A DNA stretch of 64,000 nucleotides from an uncultured Methylomirabilota bacterium (GTDB lineage: Bacteria; Methylomirabilota; Methylomirabilia; Methylomirabilales; 2-02-FULL-66-22). Position 1 is the first letter of the stretch; every line of letters begins with the position of its first letter. The stretch is from positions 3,296,001-3,360,000 of the forward strand of contig OY970067.1 of the NCBI GenBank assembly GCA_963705305.1, written 5' to 3'. The notes below the pieces were generated by a model. That model was not told the DNA's origin. It made no database searches and was given only the letters and a program-made list of their open reading frames with translations. The translations under genes and the position numbers were made by a program. Positions 39,735 to 50,464 of this stretch are shown here, in pieces.

Positions 39735-41297
39735 ATGCCACGATTGGTCAAACTGGCCGTGCGGCCGCTGTTGATGTTGTCCCTCCTTGGCCTCGTCCTG
39801 CCGGGTGCCGCGGCGTGGGGGGCCGACAGCTGGAGCAGCCTCAAGCTGGACCTGCATTTCGCGCAGGCGGGAGCGGTGCAACCTCCGGGCGGCGGCTCGG
39901 GGGGAACCCTGGCATTGTCGCTTCGGGACAGCATCGTGCGGGCGCTCCAGAACAACCTGGACATCCAGGTGCAGGGATTTAACCCCCAAGTCAGCCAGCA
40001 GGCCCTGATCGGCCAGCAGGCGCAGTTCGACCCGAGCGCCTTCCTGGAGGCGACCCGTACGGACGACCGCTATCCGCCCCAGTCCTACAGCGGATATTCG
40101 ACGTTGTTCTCATACGACCAGTGGAACTTGAACACGGGTCTGCGGCAGAAGATCCTCACGGGCGGGACGTACGAGCTGCGCTTCAACAACGAACGCTTCA
40201 ATGCGGCGAGCCTCAACACATCCGCCTTCAGCAGCGCGGTCGGGATCACCCTGACCCAGCCGCTGCTCAAGAATTTCGGCTTCGACGCCAACGAGACGAG
40301 CATCAAGATCGCAGGCAACAACCAGTCCATTTCCCGGGAGCAGCTGCGGTTGGAGATTAGCAATGTGGTGACGCAAGTGCAGAACGACTATTTCGATCTG
40401 ATCTTTGCCATCCGCAACTTGGAAGTCCAGCGCCAGGCGTTGAAGCTGGCACAGGACCTGGTGGCGCTGAACAAGGCGCGCGTGCGGGCGGGGGTGGCCG
40501 CCCCCGTGGAGGTGACCCAGGCGGAAGCCCAGGCGGCGGCCGGGGTGCAGAACGTCATCCTTGGGGAGAAGGCGGTTCAGGATGCCGAGGACGCGCTCAA
40601 AGTCGACATGAACCTGCCCAGCGGCGCCGGCTGGTCGCAGCGGATCCAGCCCATCACCCCGCCGACGGAAGTCATGACGCCGGTTGACCTGGACCGCAGC
40701 ATCGAGCTGGCCCTGGAAAATCGCTACGAGTATAAGAGCGCCAAGCTCGACATCCAGAACAAGGAGCTGTCGACCCGGCTGGCCCGGAACCAGCTATTGC
40801 CGGACTTGGCCCTCACCGGAAGCGTGTTCTCCAATGGCGGAGGCAACCTCTACGGCAGCGACATCAGCAACTTGGGCTCCAGCCACTTCGCCTCCTACTC
40901 GGTGGGAGTCGTCCTAACCGTGCCCCTGGGGAATCGAGCCGCGAAGTCCAACTACATTCAGGCGAAGCTGACGGAGGATCAGTCCAAGACGTCCCTCAAA
41001 AGCCTCCAATTGCAGATCACCCAGCAGGTCCGAGCGACTGTCCGGACCCTTCAGGCGGACGCGCAGCGGATCGAGGCGAACCGGGCGGCCCGGGTCTTGG
41101 CGGAAGAGCAGCTTCGGGTGGAGCAGCGGCGCCTCGAGGCCGGGGTCAGCACGACCTTCAACGTGCTGCAGTTCCAGACCCAGCTGGCGACGGCGGAGGC
41201 CAATGAGATCCAGGCCATCACCGCCTACAACAAGGATCTGGCCAACCTGCAGAGCGTTCAGGGGACGGTGCTGCAATACAACAAGATCGAAATGTAG
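39735..41297 (+). CDS. TolC-family outer membrane efflux protein
   Basis: Signal peptide, LSLRDSIVRALQNN, TQPLL, two OEP repeats, G.ST.F.VL. Confidence 0.88.
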   Translation: MPRLVKLAVRPLLMLSLLGLVLPGAAAWGADSWSSLKLDLHFAQAGAVQPPGGGSGGTLALSLRDSIVRALQNNLDIQVQGFNPQVSQQALIGQQAQFDPSAFLEATRTDDRYPPQSYSGYSTLFSYDQWNLNTGLRQKILTGGTYELRFNNERFNAASLNTSAFSSAVGITLTQPLLKNFGFDANETSIKIAGNNQSISREQLRLEISNVVTQVQNDYFDLIFAIRNLEVQRQALKLAQDLVALNKARVRAGVAAPVEVTQAEAQAAAGVQNVILGEKAVQDAEDALKVDMNLPSGAGWSQRIQPITPPTEVMTPVDLDRSIELALENRYEYKSAKLDIQNKELSTRLARNQLLPDLALTGSVFSNGGGNLYGSDISNLGSSHFASYSVGVVLTVPLGNRAAKSNYIQAKLTEDQSKTSLKSLQLQITQQVRATVRTLQADAQRIEANRAARVLAEEQLRVEQRRLEAGVSTTFNVLQFQTQLATAEANEIQAITAYNKDLANLQSVQGTVLQYNKIEM

Positions 41298-41432
41298 TCG
41301 GGACAGAGATGCCGTGCGGCGGCAGGGCCGGCAGATTGCCGCACGTTTTTGGCCCTTGGCAGAGGGCGGGAGGCGCCCCCCATGCGCGGAACCTCAGGAA
41401 CGAGGCTGCTTCTGACCGCAGGGATCCCGGCC

Positions 41433-41590
41433 TAGCAGGATGGTGACCCCCCCGTCTTCGCCCAGCCTGCTCAAAAAGGTCCAGATGCAAGGCGGCGCGC
41501 AAAGGGCCGAGTGAGACGTACTTCCGGTACGCCGCAGCGAGTGCCCGAGCGCGCCAACGCAGCAGATGGGCCTTTTTGAGCAGGCTGCTA
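41433..41590. mobile_element. Short palindromic MITE-like element
   Basis: Inner inverted repeat CAGCCTGCTCAAAAAGG (41463) / CCTTTTTGAGCAGGCTG (41571-41587); outer TAGCAG...CTGCTA. Confidence 0.65.
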
Positions 41591-41953
41591 ATCGGGCACG
41601 TTTCGCACGAAGGAGTTCGCCAGGGTGCGCCGCAGTTCGGCCGCCAGGGCCGCATCCGGGATCTCGCGGAGGATGACCCGGACGGCGAAGCCGCATTTAC
41701 GGCAGCGCTTGTACTGGAAGACCCAGCGGCCTTCCTCTTGCGGTTTGCCGATCTCCTCCATGTCCGAGAAGCAGCAGGGGCCGGACCGTAACGGAGAGAT
41801 AATGCGGTCCGGGTAGCGATTCTTGGGCGCCTTTTGGTCGGTATACTCGACGATGGTCGTCAAAGGCTGCTCCAACGTTTCGCGAGAGGCGACTCCGCGA
41901 CCAGTGTTTCTCTCCACCGTCTTTTTGGTGCGGCGATATCCGTTGTGATTCAT
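41588..41953 (-). CDS. Small hypothetical zinc-ribbon-like protein
   Basis: TIVEYTD...GPCC..DME...RCRKCGF; a paralog at 61978-62310 supports it as a real gene. Confidence 0.7.
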   Translation of the reverse strand: MNHNGYRRTKKTVERNTGRGVASRETLEQPLTTIVEYTDQKAPKNRYPDRIISPLRSGPCCFSDMEEIGKPQEEGRWVFQYKRCRKCGFAVRVILREIPDAALAAELRRTLANSFVRNVPD

Positions 41954-42036
41954 GGCTGTGCCTCTCTCAGATCTGCGGCCCGCGCTACGTGTCGGGCCTC
42001 TTGTGGAGGTGGTGTAGCGCATGCATCGCCCCGCAG

Positions 42037-42624
42037 TCAGGCAACGCGGTAGCGGGCCAGGTGGCCCTTCAACTCCCGAATCACATCGGCCATGAGATCC
42101 GGGTTCTTGTATAGCTTCCCCATCAGGAAGGCCCCCTCGATCCCCGCCAAGACGAAGGACGCCAGACGGGAAGGGTCACCGTCCTGGCGAAAAACTCCCC
42201 GGGATCGGGCATCTTCCAAGGTGCGCTCGATCTGGGCGCGTACTTGATCGAAGGCCTGACGAATCCGCTGCCGGAACTCCTCGTGGATGTCGCTCATTTC
42301 CACAGCCAAGTTTCCTAGCGGGCACCCGCCGGCCCCTCCGCTCTCGTGCGCCATCTCCACCAGACAGGTCAAAAAGGTCTCGAGTTGGACCCACGGGTCC
42401 GTTCCCGGTAGGAAGCTCCTCTCGATGAGGTCCTTCCGAATCCGCTCCAGACTCCGCTCCAGTGCGGCGAATCCCAATTCGTCCTTGCTCTTGAAGTAGT
42501 AGTAGAAGTTCCCCTTTCCAACGCCGGTCTCTCGGAGGATGTCCTCCACAGAGGTGTTCTTGAAGCCTCGGAGATGAATGAGTCGCGTGGCTGCGTCAAC
42601 AATTTGCTCACGAGTTCCGTTCAC
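42037..42624 (-). CDS. TetR/AcrR-family regulator (NemR-like); start uncertain
   Basis: TREQIVDAA...GF..TSVEDIL...GVGKGNFYYYFKSKDEL; GCPLGNL; imperfect palindrome AACCGGTCGGTT just upstream. Confidence 0.9.
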   Translation of the reverse strand: MNGTREQIVDAATRLIHLRGFKNTSVEDILRETGVGKGNFYYYFKSKDELGFAALERSLERIRKDLIERSFLPGTDPWVQLETFLTCLVEMAHESGGAGGCPLGNLAVEMSDIHEEFRQRIRQAFDQVRAQIERTLEDARSRGVFRQDGDPSRLASFVLAGIEGAFLMGKLYKNPDLMADVIRELKGHLARYRVA

Positions 42625-43277
42625 GTTTTGAGCATGTACTAACCGGTCGGTTTTCACGTTACATAGATACAGGATAGATAAGGTCATGTCAATACGAATT
42701 TTAGATAATTAAATGTAAAAATTCATTAAGTTATTATTAATATTCACATTAATGATATTATCTTTCATGGGTATGAACGTTGTGAGACATCCTGCAATCT
42801 ACCAGAGGGGCGCTTGGCGGCGGGCACTGGAGGACCTGGATGGGGGAAGGCAATGTGCTTTGCAAATCCAGACGAGTCTAGTGCCGATGGATCGAAAGGC
42901 GTCCCCTCTGCCCAAGGCCGCCGGTTGGATCGGAGAGATCAAAAAAGGCACACGGCGCGCAGCCCCGGAGCCTTTGGGGGGCTGGAATGGGCCCTGCGCC
43001 CGTCTTGCTGGGCCCGGATAAGTGTGTTACCCTCCGCCGCATGGCCACGTTCCTGCGGGCGTCCTCCCGCCCTGGCCTCCGGTCACGGGCCGGGGTCCGG
43101 TGAGGATCGGGCCAGCGTGGTGAGCCTGCCCCCCATCGACGCCCCGCGGCGTCAGGCCGCGGCGGCGGAGGGCTCCGAATCTCCCCGACCGCCGGGCAAG
43201 GCGGCCGCGCGCCTGGGACCTCGACGGTACGGCGAGCGTGGACGCCGCCAGTCTTCCGATCCGAGGGACATCTCCAC

Positions 43278-46264
43278 ATGGCCCATAAGCCGACAGCCCT
43301 GCCCGAGAGGAATCCGGCCCTGGAGCCCATCCTGGCCGGCCTCACGGAGGATCAAGCCAGCGCCGTCACGCACGGCGAGGGGCCCCTGCTCGTCGTCGCC
43401 GGCGCCGGCACAGGGAAGACCACCGTCCTCACTCGTCGCATTGCCTATCTGGTGGCTGCCCGACTGGCCCGGCCCGCAGAGATCCTGGCGCTCACCTTCA
43501 CGGACAAGGCCGCGGAAGAGATGGAGGCGCGGGTGGACCTGCTGGTGCCCTACGGATTCGCGGATATGTCCATCAGCACGTTCCACGCCTTCGGCGACCG
43601 GGTCCTGCGGGAAGAGGGGCTCCTACTCGGATTGGCGACGGACTTCCGCGTGCTGACCCGGGCGGAGCAGGTCGTGTTCCTTCGGGAGCACCTCTTCGCG
43701 CTGCCGTTGAAGCTTCTCCGGCCCCTCGGGGACCCGACCAAGCACCTCCAGGCCCTGGTGACGCTCTTCAGTCGCGCCAAAGACGAGACGGTCGCCCCCG
43801 AGGGCTACGGTGCGTTCGCCGCGGCACTGGCCGAGCAGGCCGGGGCCGCCTCCGGCGATGCTGCGCTGCAAGAGGCGGCGGCCCTGCAGGCCGAGCTGGG
43901 AGCCTGTTACCGGGAATACCAGCGCCTGCTGGCCGAGCACGGGCTGGTGGACTTCGGCGACCAGGTCCTGCTGTGCCTGCGGCTCTTCCGGGAGCATCCC
44001 CTCATCCTGCAGCAGTTCCGCCAGCGGTTCCGCTACATCCTGGTGGACGAGTTCCAGGATACCAACCCCACCCAGTGGGAGCTGGTGCGGCGGCTGGCGG
44101 GCGAGGGCGGCAACCTCACGGTGGTGGGGGACGACGACCAGAGCATCTACCGGTTCCGCGGGGCCGCCGTCAGCAACATCCTGGGATTCAGCGCCGCTTA
44201 CCCGGAGGCGCGCCGGGTGGTCCTGCGGGAGAATTTCCGGTCCACGCAGCCCATCCTGGACGCCGCCTACCGGCTCATCCGCCACAACGATCCGGACCGG
44301 CTCGAGGTTCGCGAGGGGCTGGACAAGCGCCTGGTCGCCACGGAAGCGGGCGGGACCCCGCCCCGGCATCTGCACCACGACACCGTCTCCAGCGAGGCAG
44401 ACGCGGTGGCCCGGCTGATCCAGAAGCGCGCGGCGGAGGAGGTCTGGGCCTTCCGGGACGTGGCCATCCTGGTGCGGGGCAATCGCGACGCCGATCCGTT
44501 TCTCCGCGCGCTGAACCTCCTGGGAATTCCCTGGCGGTTCAGCGGCAACCAGGGGCTGTACGCGCGGCCCGAGGTCCGGCTGCTCCTGGCCTTCCTCCGG
44601 GTGGTGGCGGATCCGGAGGATACGGTGAGCCTCTACTTCCTGGCGGGCTCCGAGGTGTACGGGATGGATGGCTGGGCGCTGGCGGAGTGCGCCAGCGCCG
44701 CCAAGCGGGCCAACCGATCGCTCCGCTGGGTGCTGGAGCATCCGGAGGAGGCGGGGGTTGCGGAGGCAGACGCACGAACGCAGGCCGCGATCGAGCGGCT
44801 GCTGAAAGATCTCAAGGACTACGTCGCCCTGGCGCGCGACCGGTCGGCGGGGGAGGTCCTCTACCAGTTCTTGACGCGCAGCGGGCTGCTGAAGCGCCTT
44901 GCGGCGGCCGCCACGCCCGGGGCGGATGTTCGCGTCGGGAACATCGCCCGGCTCTTCGAGATCGTCCACCGCTTCGCGGAGATCGCCGACCGCGACCGGG
45001 TCGGCCGGCTGGTCCAGTACCTGGATCTCCTGATCGAGGGGGGGACGATCCGGCTGCCGTCGAGGCGGACGAGGACGCCGATGCGGTCCAGGTGCTCACG
45101 GTCCACAAGGCCAAGGGGCTCGAGTTTCCGGTGGTGTTCCTGGTGGGCTTGGTGGCGGACCGGTTTCCCTCCCGGGGGCGCCGCGAGCCCCTCCCCCTGC
45201 CGGAGCCCCTCCTCCACGACAGCCTTCCCGCCGGGGATTCTCATCTCCGGGAGGAGCGACGTCTGTTCTATGTCGGAATGACGCGGGCCAAGCGCGAGCT
45301 GTTCCTCACCTCCGCCCGCGATTACGGGGGCGTTCGCGTCAGGAAGGTGAGCCGCTTCGTCCTGGAGGCGCTGGACCTGCCGCCGGCCGAGCCCGCCCCG
45401 TACAAGGCGGCCGCCCTGGAGGCCATCCAGCGGCACGCGCCGCCGGTCCGGGAGGGATCCGAGGCCATGCGGGTCGTCCCCGACGATACGATCCTCTCCC
45501 TGAGCCACTACCAGGTGGACGATTACCTGACCTGCCCGTTGAAGTACAAGTATGTCCACGTGCTCCGCGTGCCCATCCGGGAACACCATTCGGTGATCTA
45601 CGGGAAGGCCCTCCACGAGGCCGTCTCCTTCTACCTCAAGCGCCGCCTGGCCCAGGCGGAGGCCGAGGCAGCCGGGCGGATCGTCGCGCCGACGACCGAG
45701 GCGGAAGTTCTGGCGGTCTTCGAAGAGACGTGGGAGCCCGCTGGATTCCTGTCGCGGGAACACGAGGATTTGCGCAAGGAGGAGGGCCGGGCTGCCCTCC
45801 GGCGGTTCCTGGCCGCGGAGGCCCGTGGAGGAGCGCTCCCCACGGCTGTGGAGCGCCCCTTTGCATTCCTCTTGGGCGCCACCAAAGTGGTGGGGCGGTG
45901 GGACCGCGTGGACGTCCGCGGGGAGGAGGTCACCATCATCGACTACAAATCGTCCGCCGTCCGCGACCAGAAGGAGGCCGACCGCAAGGCCGGGGACAGC
46001 CTGCAGCTGACGATCTACGCCCTGGCCTACCACGAGACGCACGGCGTGCTTCCGGATGCGGTGGAGCTCCACTTCCTGGAGTCCGGCCTGGTCGGACGGG
46101 CGCGCAAGACCGATGCGGACCTGTCGGAGACCAAGGAGACGATTGGCGAGGTCGCCCGGGCGATCCGCGGGCGGGATTTCCACGCGACCCCAGGCTATCT
46201 CCAATGCAGCTACTGCGCCTTTCGCGAGATCTGTCCCAGCACGGCCTATCGGGAGGCGGATTGA
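43278..46264 (+). pseudogene. UvrD/PcrA-type helicase fused to a PD-(D/E)XK nuclease, split by a frameshift at G7 45038-45044 (possibly a sequencing error)
   Basis: AGAGTGKT, LVDEFQDTN, GDDDQSIYRFRGA in the first frame; TVHKAKGLEF, EERRLFYVGMTRA, GRWDRVD, IDYK, QL.IY, CSYC..C in the second. Confidence 0.85.
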
Positions 46265-46362
46265 GGGCGGGGCGGCAAAAAGCGTTGGCGCCGGCCACAG
46301 AGGCGGGGTATGTTTGAGGTGGTGCAGCCTGCTGGAGGTCGGGGTGAATGGAGGGATGAGCA

Positions 46363-46962
46363 ATGGGAAAGATCACCCTGGAGACCAGCGCGCTCCTGGT
46401 TCCCGCGCCACTGATCCTCCTCACGACGGTCGGCCAGAGGGGGCCGGCGAATATCATGGCGCTGGCCTGGACCGGCGTCGCCTGTGCGACCCCTCCCCTG
46501 GTCAGTGCGGCCGTCCGGCCCGAGCGGCTGTCCTACAGCTTGATCCGCGAAACTGGAGAATTCGTGCTGAACATCCCGCCGGCCTCGCTCTTGCGGGCCG
46601 CGGACTTCTGCGGCGTGGTCTCTGGGCAGGACGCGGACAAGTTCGCCGCGACGGGCCTGACCCCCCTGCCCGCCGTGAAAGTGCGTCCTCCCCTGATCCG
46701 GGAATGCCCCGTCAACCTGGAGTGTGTGGTGCGGCAATCTCTGGTCCTCGGATCGCACGTGCTCTTCCTGGCGGAGGTCGTGGCCCTGCACGCCGACGAG
46801 GACGTGGTGGAAGACGGAATGGTTGTCATTGGGCGGGTGGCGCCCCTGGCCTACGACCCCTTCGGGGCCGATTACTGGAGCCTGAAAGAGGTCGTGGCGC
46901 ATTACGGCTTCAGCGACGGCACCATGCCCGACCGGCCCCAGACGACGCCCCCGAAATCTTGA
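46363..46962 (+). CDS. Flavin reductase-like (flavoredoxin) protein
   Basis: NIMALAW, GEFVLNIP, CGVVSG...DKF, ECPVNLEC, GSHVLF. Confidence 0.88.
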   Translation: MGKITLETSALLVPAPLILLTTVGQRGPANIMALAWTGVACATPPLVSAAVRPERLSYSLIRETGEFVLNIPPASLLRAADFCGVVSGQDADKFAATGLTPLPAVKVRPPLIRECPVNLECVVRQSLVLGSHVLFLAEVVALHADEDVVEDGMVVIGRVAPLAYDPFGADYWSLKEVVAHYGFSDGTMPDRPQTTPPKS

Positions 46963-46972
46963 GGAGGAAGCC

Positions 46973-47494
46973 ATGCCGGACGAGTTGCCGCCCGATCGGC
47001 TGAACGAGATCGGAGTCCTCAAGCGGCGGGAGATCGAGGCGCGCATCGTGGCGCCGCTGCTCGACGCCTTTGCCGCGGAGTTCGGACGGGATCGGGTGCT
47101 GGCCATCGCCAGGCGGGTCATCGTGACAATCGCCCGCCAGCAGGGCCGCGCGCTGGCCGAGCAGTGCGGGGGCAACCGCCTGGCGGACTTTATCCGGAGC
47201 AAGGATGCATGGGTCAAGGGGGACGCGCTCCAGTGCGAGGTGCTGGAGGAGACGGACACCACCTACCACTTCAACGTGACCCGCTGCCGCTATGCGGAGA
47301 TGTACCGGACCCTGGGGATTCCGGAGTTGGGGAGCATCCTCTCTTGCGGACGGGATTACGCCCTGGGCGAGGGGTTCAATCCGGCCCTCAGGCTCGCCCG
47401 CACGCAGACCATCATGGACGGGGCCTCCCACTGCGACTTTCGCTACCGGATGGATAAGGATGCGCCGCCGGAGCGGGAGCGCTCGACCGACTGA
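46973..47494 (+). CDS. L-2-amino-thiazoline-4-carboxylic acid hydrolase family protein
   Basis: FNVTRCRYAEMY..LG..ELG..LSC.RD, RTQTIMDGASHCDFRY. Confidence 0.85.
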   Translation: MPDELPPDRLNEIGVLKRREIEARIVAPLLDAFAAEFGRDRVLAIARRVIVTIARQQGRALAEQCGGNRLADFIRSKDAWVKGDALQCEVLEETDTTYHFNVTRCRYAEMYRTLGIPELGSILSCGRDYALGEGFNPALRLARTQTIMDGASHCDFRYRMDKDAPPERERSTD

Positions 47495-47551
47495 GGCGCG
47501 GCGAAGGCCGGCGCGCGGACCGGCATCCCATCGAACGGAGATCGGCCGACC

Positions 47552-47965
47552 ATGCGGTTTCACACGCAGTACCTGACCTTCAAGACGGCACGCCACCGGG
47601 AGTACATCAATATCACCCGAGAGGTCGAGTCGGCCGTGAGACAGAGCGGGATCCAGGACGGGATGGTCCTGGTGTCGGCGATGCACATCACGGCCGCCGT
47701 CTATGTCAACGACGCCGAGGACGGTCTCATCCAAGACATCGACGAATGGCTGGAGCGACTGGCACCCACCGGACCGGATTACCGCCATCACCGCACGGGA
47801 GAGAACAACGGCGACTCGCACCTGAAGAGCCTGCTGATGCACCACGAGGTGATCCTGCCCGTCACCCTGGGGCGATTGGACGTGGGGCCGTGGCAGCAGG
47901 TCTACTATGCGGAGTTCGACGGCCGGCGATCCAAGCGGGTCGTCATCAAGGTGATGGGGGAGTAG
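47552..47965 (+). CDS. yjbQ: YjbQ/UPF0047 family protein
   Basis: [37 protein letters not shown]. Confidence 0.9.
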   Translation: MRFHTQYLTFKTARHREYINITREVESAVRQSGIQDGMVLVSAMHITAAVYVNDAEDGLIQDIDEWLERLAPTGPDYRHHRTGENNGDSHLKSLLMHHEVILPVTLGRLDVGPWQQVYYAEFDGRRSKRVVIKVMGE

Positions 47966-47971
47966 GCGTCA

Positions 47972-49491
47972 CCCTAATCTCCGGCTAAGCGGTGGCCAGC
48001 CGGGCGATCTTGCGCCGCGCCCGGACGAGCAAGGCGTGCTGCAGGGCGCCCGAGAGCCGCAAGAGCGTCCGTCGGGCATGCGCGACGACCTTCCCGACGG
48101 TGTTGAACAGCAGGAACCGGAGACGCTTCGGCCGGGCGGTCCGGAGATCTCCGGGTAAGGTCAACCGCTTGAGCGCGGTGAGCAGGTTGTAGGTGAGCAC
48201 GTTCAGCCGGAACCAGGCGGCGTTCGCCCCGAACTTCCCACTGGGCAGCGCGGCGGCCGCCAGCTCGGTCTTGAGGACGTGATGGGTGTGCTCGATGGTC
48301 CCTGCTTTCTCCCGGTGCCACCGGAGGATCGTGAGCCCATCCTCCGGCCGATTGGTGACCACGGCGAAGTACTGCACGCTACTCCCGTCGGCGAAGAGGC
48401 TCCCCTGGCGTCGCTGGATACGCACCGCGAGGTAGCGGCGAACGCACGGCCGCGCCTTCCGGTGATCGCCATCCTCGGGGACGTAGGGGACTTCGGCCCA
48501 GGCCCGGATCGCCTCGGGCTCCTCCCGCTCGAGCTGCCAGGCGGCCGCGGGGAGGCGCCGGATCTCGGCCTGGAGCTGCGCGGACATATCGGCGCTAATC
48601 GCGTAGGCGATTTTCTTCTCCTCGCACCAGCGGAGGACCTCCGTCTCGTAGAGGGCGCTGTCGGCCCGCAGGGAGATGCGGTCCACGCCCTGGGGCAAGT
48701 TGGCCACCGCCTGTTCGAGGACGCGCACGTTGCCGCACCCGGCGGGCACCTGGCCATCGCGGAACTGGTCGTGCACGATGACATCGTGCTCGGCCCAGAG
48801 GACCACGACGGGCTGGTAGCCCCGGGTCCCGTCGTAGGCCACGGTCGCCGCGTCCTTGTGGCTCTCGACGAGCGTCGCGTCCACATCCAGGGTGGCCGTC
48901 GCCGCCCGGGCCCCGCGCTGGACGCCCGCGACCAGCGTCCGGTTCGCCTGTCCGAGGCCCGCCAAGGGGGCGGACTCCAGGGGGACCGTGGCCGCGGGCC
49001 CGGCCACCCAGAGCGGCCCGTCCTCCACGTGGAAGGCCTCGAGGAAGTCCCGGACCGTGGTCGCGGCCGGCAGGGGGTAGCCGAGCAGCGTGGCCAGGGC
49101 CTGATCCTCCCGGAGCGTCGTGAGGTCCTGGCAGCGGTCCCCGCCGCTCGTCCACAACGCGACGAGACTCTCCACGAGCTGCGAGGGGGGTAATCCGCGC
49201 TGCCGCTGCTTGACCGCAACGTGGGTGTCGACGGCCTGGGCCACCCCGAGCTGGCGGAACAGCTCGATCACGAGCGGGACCCCGGCCCGGCCCGTGACCA
49301 GCGTGGGGTCGATCGCGTCATCGATCTCGAACGGCAACCGGGGCGAGGTGTCGGGCATCGCTCTCCTCCTTGTGGTGTTTGCACCCACTGGGTGAAACCA
49401 AGCAAGGCCGATGCCAACCCCGCGGGCCGCGCGCACTGCGGGCCGCTGCGTGATTCGCGATCCCCCTCAACTTCTTAGCCGGAGATTAGGG
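47972..49491 (-). mobile_element. Complete IS1380-family insertion sequence
   Basis: Perfect TIR CCCTAATCTCCGGCTAAG / CTTAGCCGGAGATTAGGG; flanking duplication CGTCA (reads as GCGTCAC if the ends are taken 1 bp inward). Confidence 0.9.
47985..49358 (-). CDS. IS1380-family DDE transposase
   Basis: TLDVDAT, GYQP, FRDG, LRADSA, IE....LK, GKFGANAAW. Confidence 0.9.
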   Translation of the reverse strand: MPDTSPRLPFEIDDAIDPTLVTGRAGVPLVIELFRQLGVAQAVDTHVAVKQRQRGLPPSQLVESLVALWTSGGDRCQDLTTLREDQALATLLGYPLPAATTVRDFLEAFHVEDGPLWVAGPAATVPLESAPLAGLGQANRTLVAGVQRGARAATATLDVDATLVESHKDAATVAYDGTRGYQPVVVLWAEHDVIVHDQFRDGQVPAGCGNVRVLEQAVANLPQGVDRISLRADSALYETEVLRWCEEKKIAYAISADMSAQLQAEIRRLPAAAWQLEREEPEAIRAWAEVPYVPEDGDHRKARPCVRRYLAVRIQRRQGSLFADGSSVQYFAVVTNRPEDGLTILRWHREKAGTIEHTHHVLKTELAAAALPSGKFGANAAWFRLNVLTYNLLTALKRLTLPGDLRTARPKRLRFLLFNTVGKVVAHARRTLLRLSGALQHALLVRARRKIARLATA

Positions 49492-49505
49492 CGTCACCTC
49501 GGGCC

Positions 49506-49560
49506 TTGACATGTTCCTGCTTCGTCGGTTATATTTTCGTCGATCCTAAATTTATCTTTA
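49506..49560 (+). promoter_or_regulatory. Sigma70 promoter with overlapping DtxR/MntR-like operator
   Basis: TTGACA (49506)-18 nt-TATATT; imperfect AT-rich palindrome ATTTTCGTCGATCCTAAATTT. Confidence 0.55.
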
Positions 49561-49744
49561 ACCGAGAAAACTTTTGAACCGCCATGACACCAAGGTTCCA
49601 CAACCAATAGGGTTCGGAGGCTTTGAGTCTCGGCTCTAGGCCGCCCCTTCAGGGGACGTGAGGCGGCTCCAGTCCTCGGGCGTTCCGCCCATTCCGGCCA
49701 GGGCATGCTTGGCGGTGAGATATTTTCGGAATGGGGTAGTGGCC

Positions 49745-50437
49745 ATGCTCAGCGAATCGATGCAGAACTACCTCAAAGCGATCTACAGACTCCAGGAGGG
49801 GGATGGCACGGTCGCGACCACGGACCTGGCGGACGCCATGGGGGTAACCGCCGCGTCGGCCACCGGGATGATCAAGAAGCTGGCGGCGCTCAAGCTGGTC
49901 CGACATCACCCCTACCAGGGAGTGGTTCTCAGCCAGGCGGGGCGCCAGGTGGCCCTGGAGGTGGTCCGCCACCACCGGCTCGTGGAGCTGTATCTGGCCC
50001 AGGCGCTGGGGTACGGCTGGGATCAGGTGCACGAAGAGGCCGAGCGCCTGGAGCACGCCATCTCGGAAGAGTTCGAGGAGCGGATCTTCGAGGCGCTCGG
50101 GCGGCCGACGCGGGATCCGCACGGCGAGCCGATCCCGGCCAAGGACGGAACGATCGCCGCCAGCGAGAGCTGTCGCCTGTCGGATCTGGAGCCCGGATCG
50201 AAGGGGATCATACGGGAGGTGAACGACGGCAGCGCCGAGATGCTGCGCTATCTCGGGGAGCGGAAGCTGGTCCCGGATGCCCCCGTCGAGGTGACGGAGA
50301 AGGCTCCCTTCAACGGTCCGCTGACGGTGCGAGTGGGAACCCTCTCTCATGTGATCGGCCGGGGCCTGGCCTCCCATATCCGTGTGGAGCCTCAACCGGG
50401 GGCCGCGGGCGCCCCCTCGGAGAATCCTCCCGGCTAA
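49745..50437 (+). CDS. mntR: DtxR/MntR-family metal-dependent regulator with FeoA-like domain
   Basis: NYLKAIY, RHHRLVE, VHEEAERLEH, DPHGEPIP. Confidence 0.9.
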   Translation: MLSESMQNYLKAIYRLQEGDGTVATTDLADAMGVTAASATGMIKKLAALKLVRHHPYQGVVLSQAGRQVALEVVRHHRLVELYLAQALGYGWDQVHEEAERLEHAISEEFEERIFEALGRPTRDPHGEPIPAKDGTIAASESCRLSDLEPGSKGIIREVNDGSAEMLRYLGERKLVPDAPVEVTEKAPFNGPLTVRVGTLSHVIGRGLASHIRVEPQPGAAGAPSENPPG

Positions 50438-50464
50438 CCGTCTCTCTTTTCCCGCGAGGTTCGC

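Noticed and set aside
49560..49744. yybP-ykoY manganese riboswitch upstream of mntR-mntH
   Set aside because: The leader is long and can form hairpins, but I could not find the conserved GGGGAGUA and partner motifs; a covariance-model search would settle it
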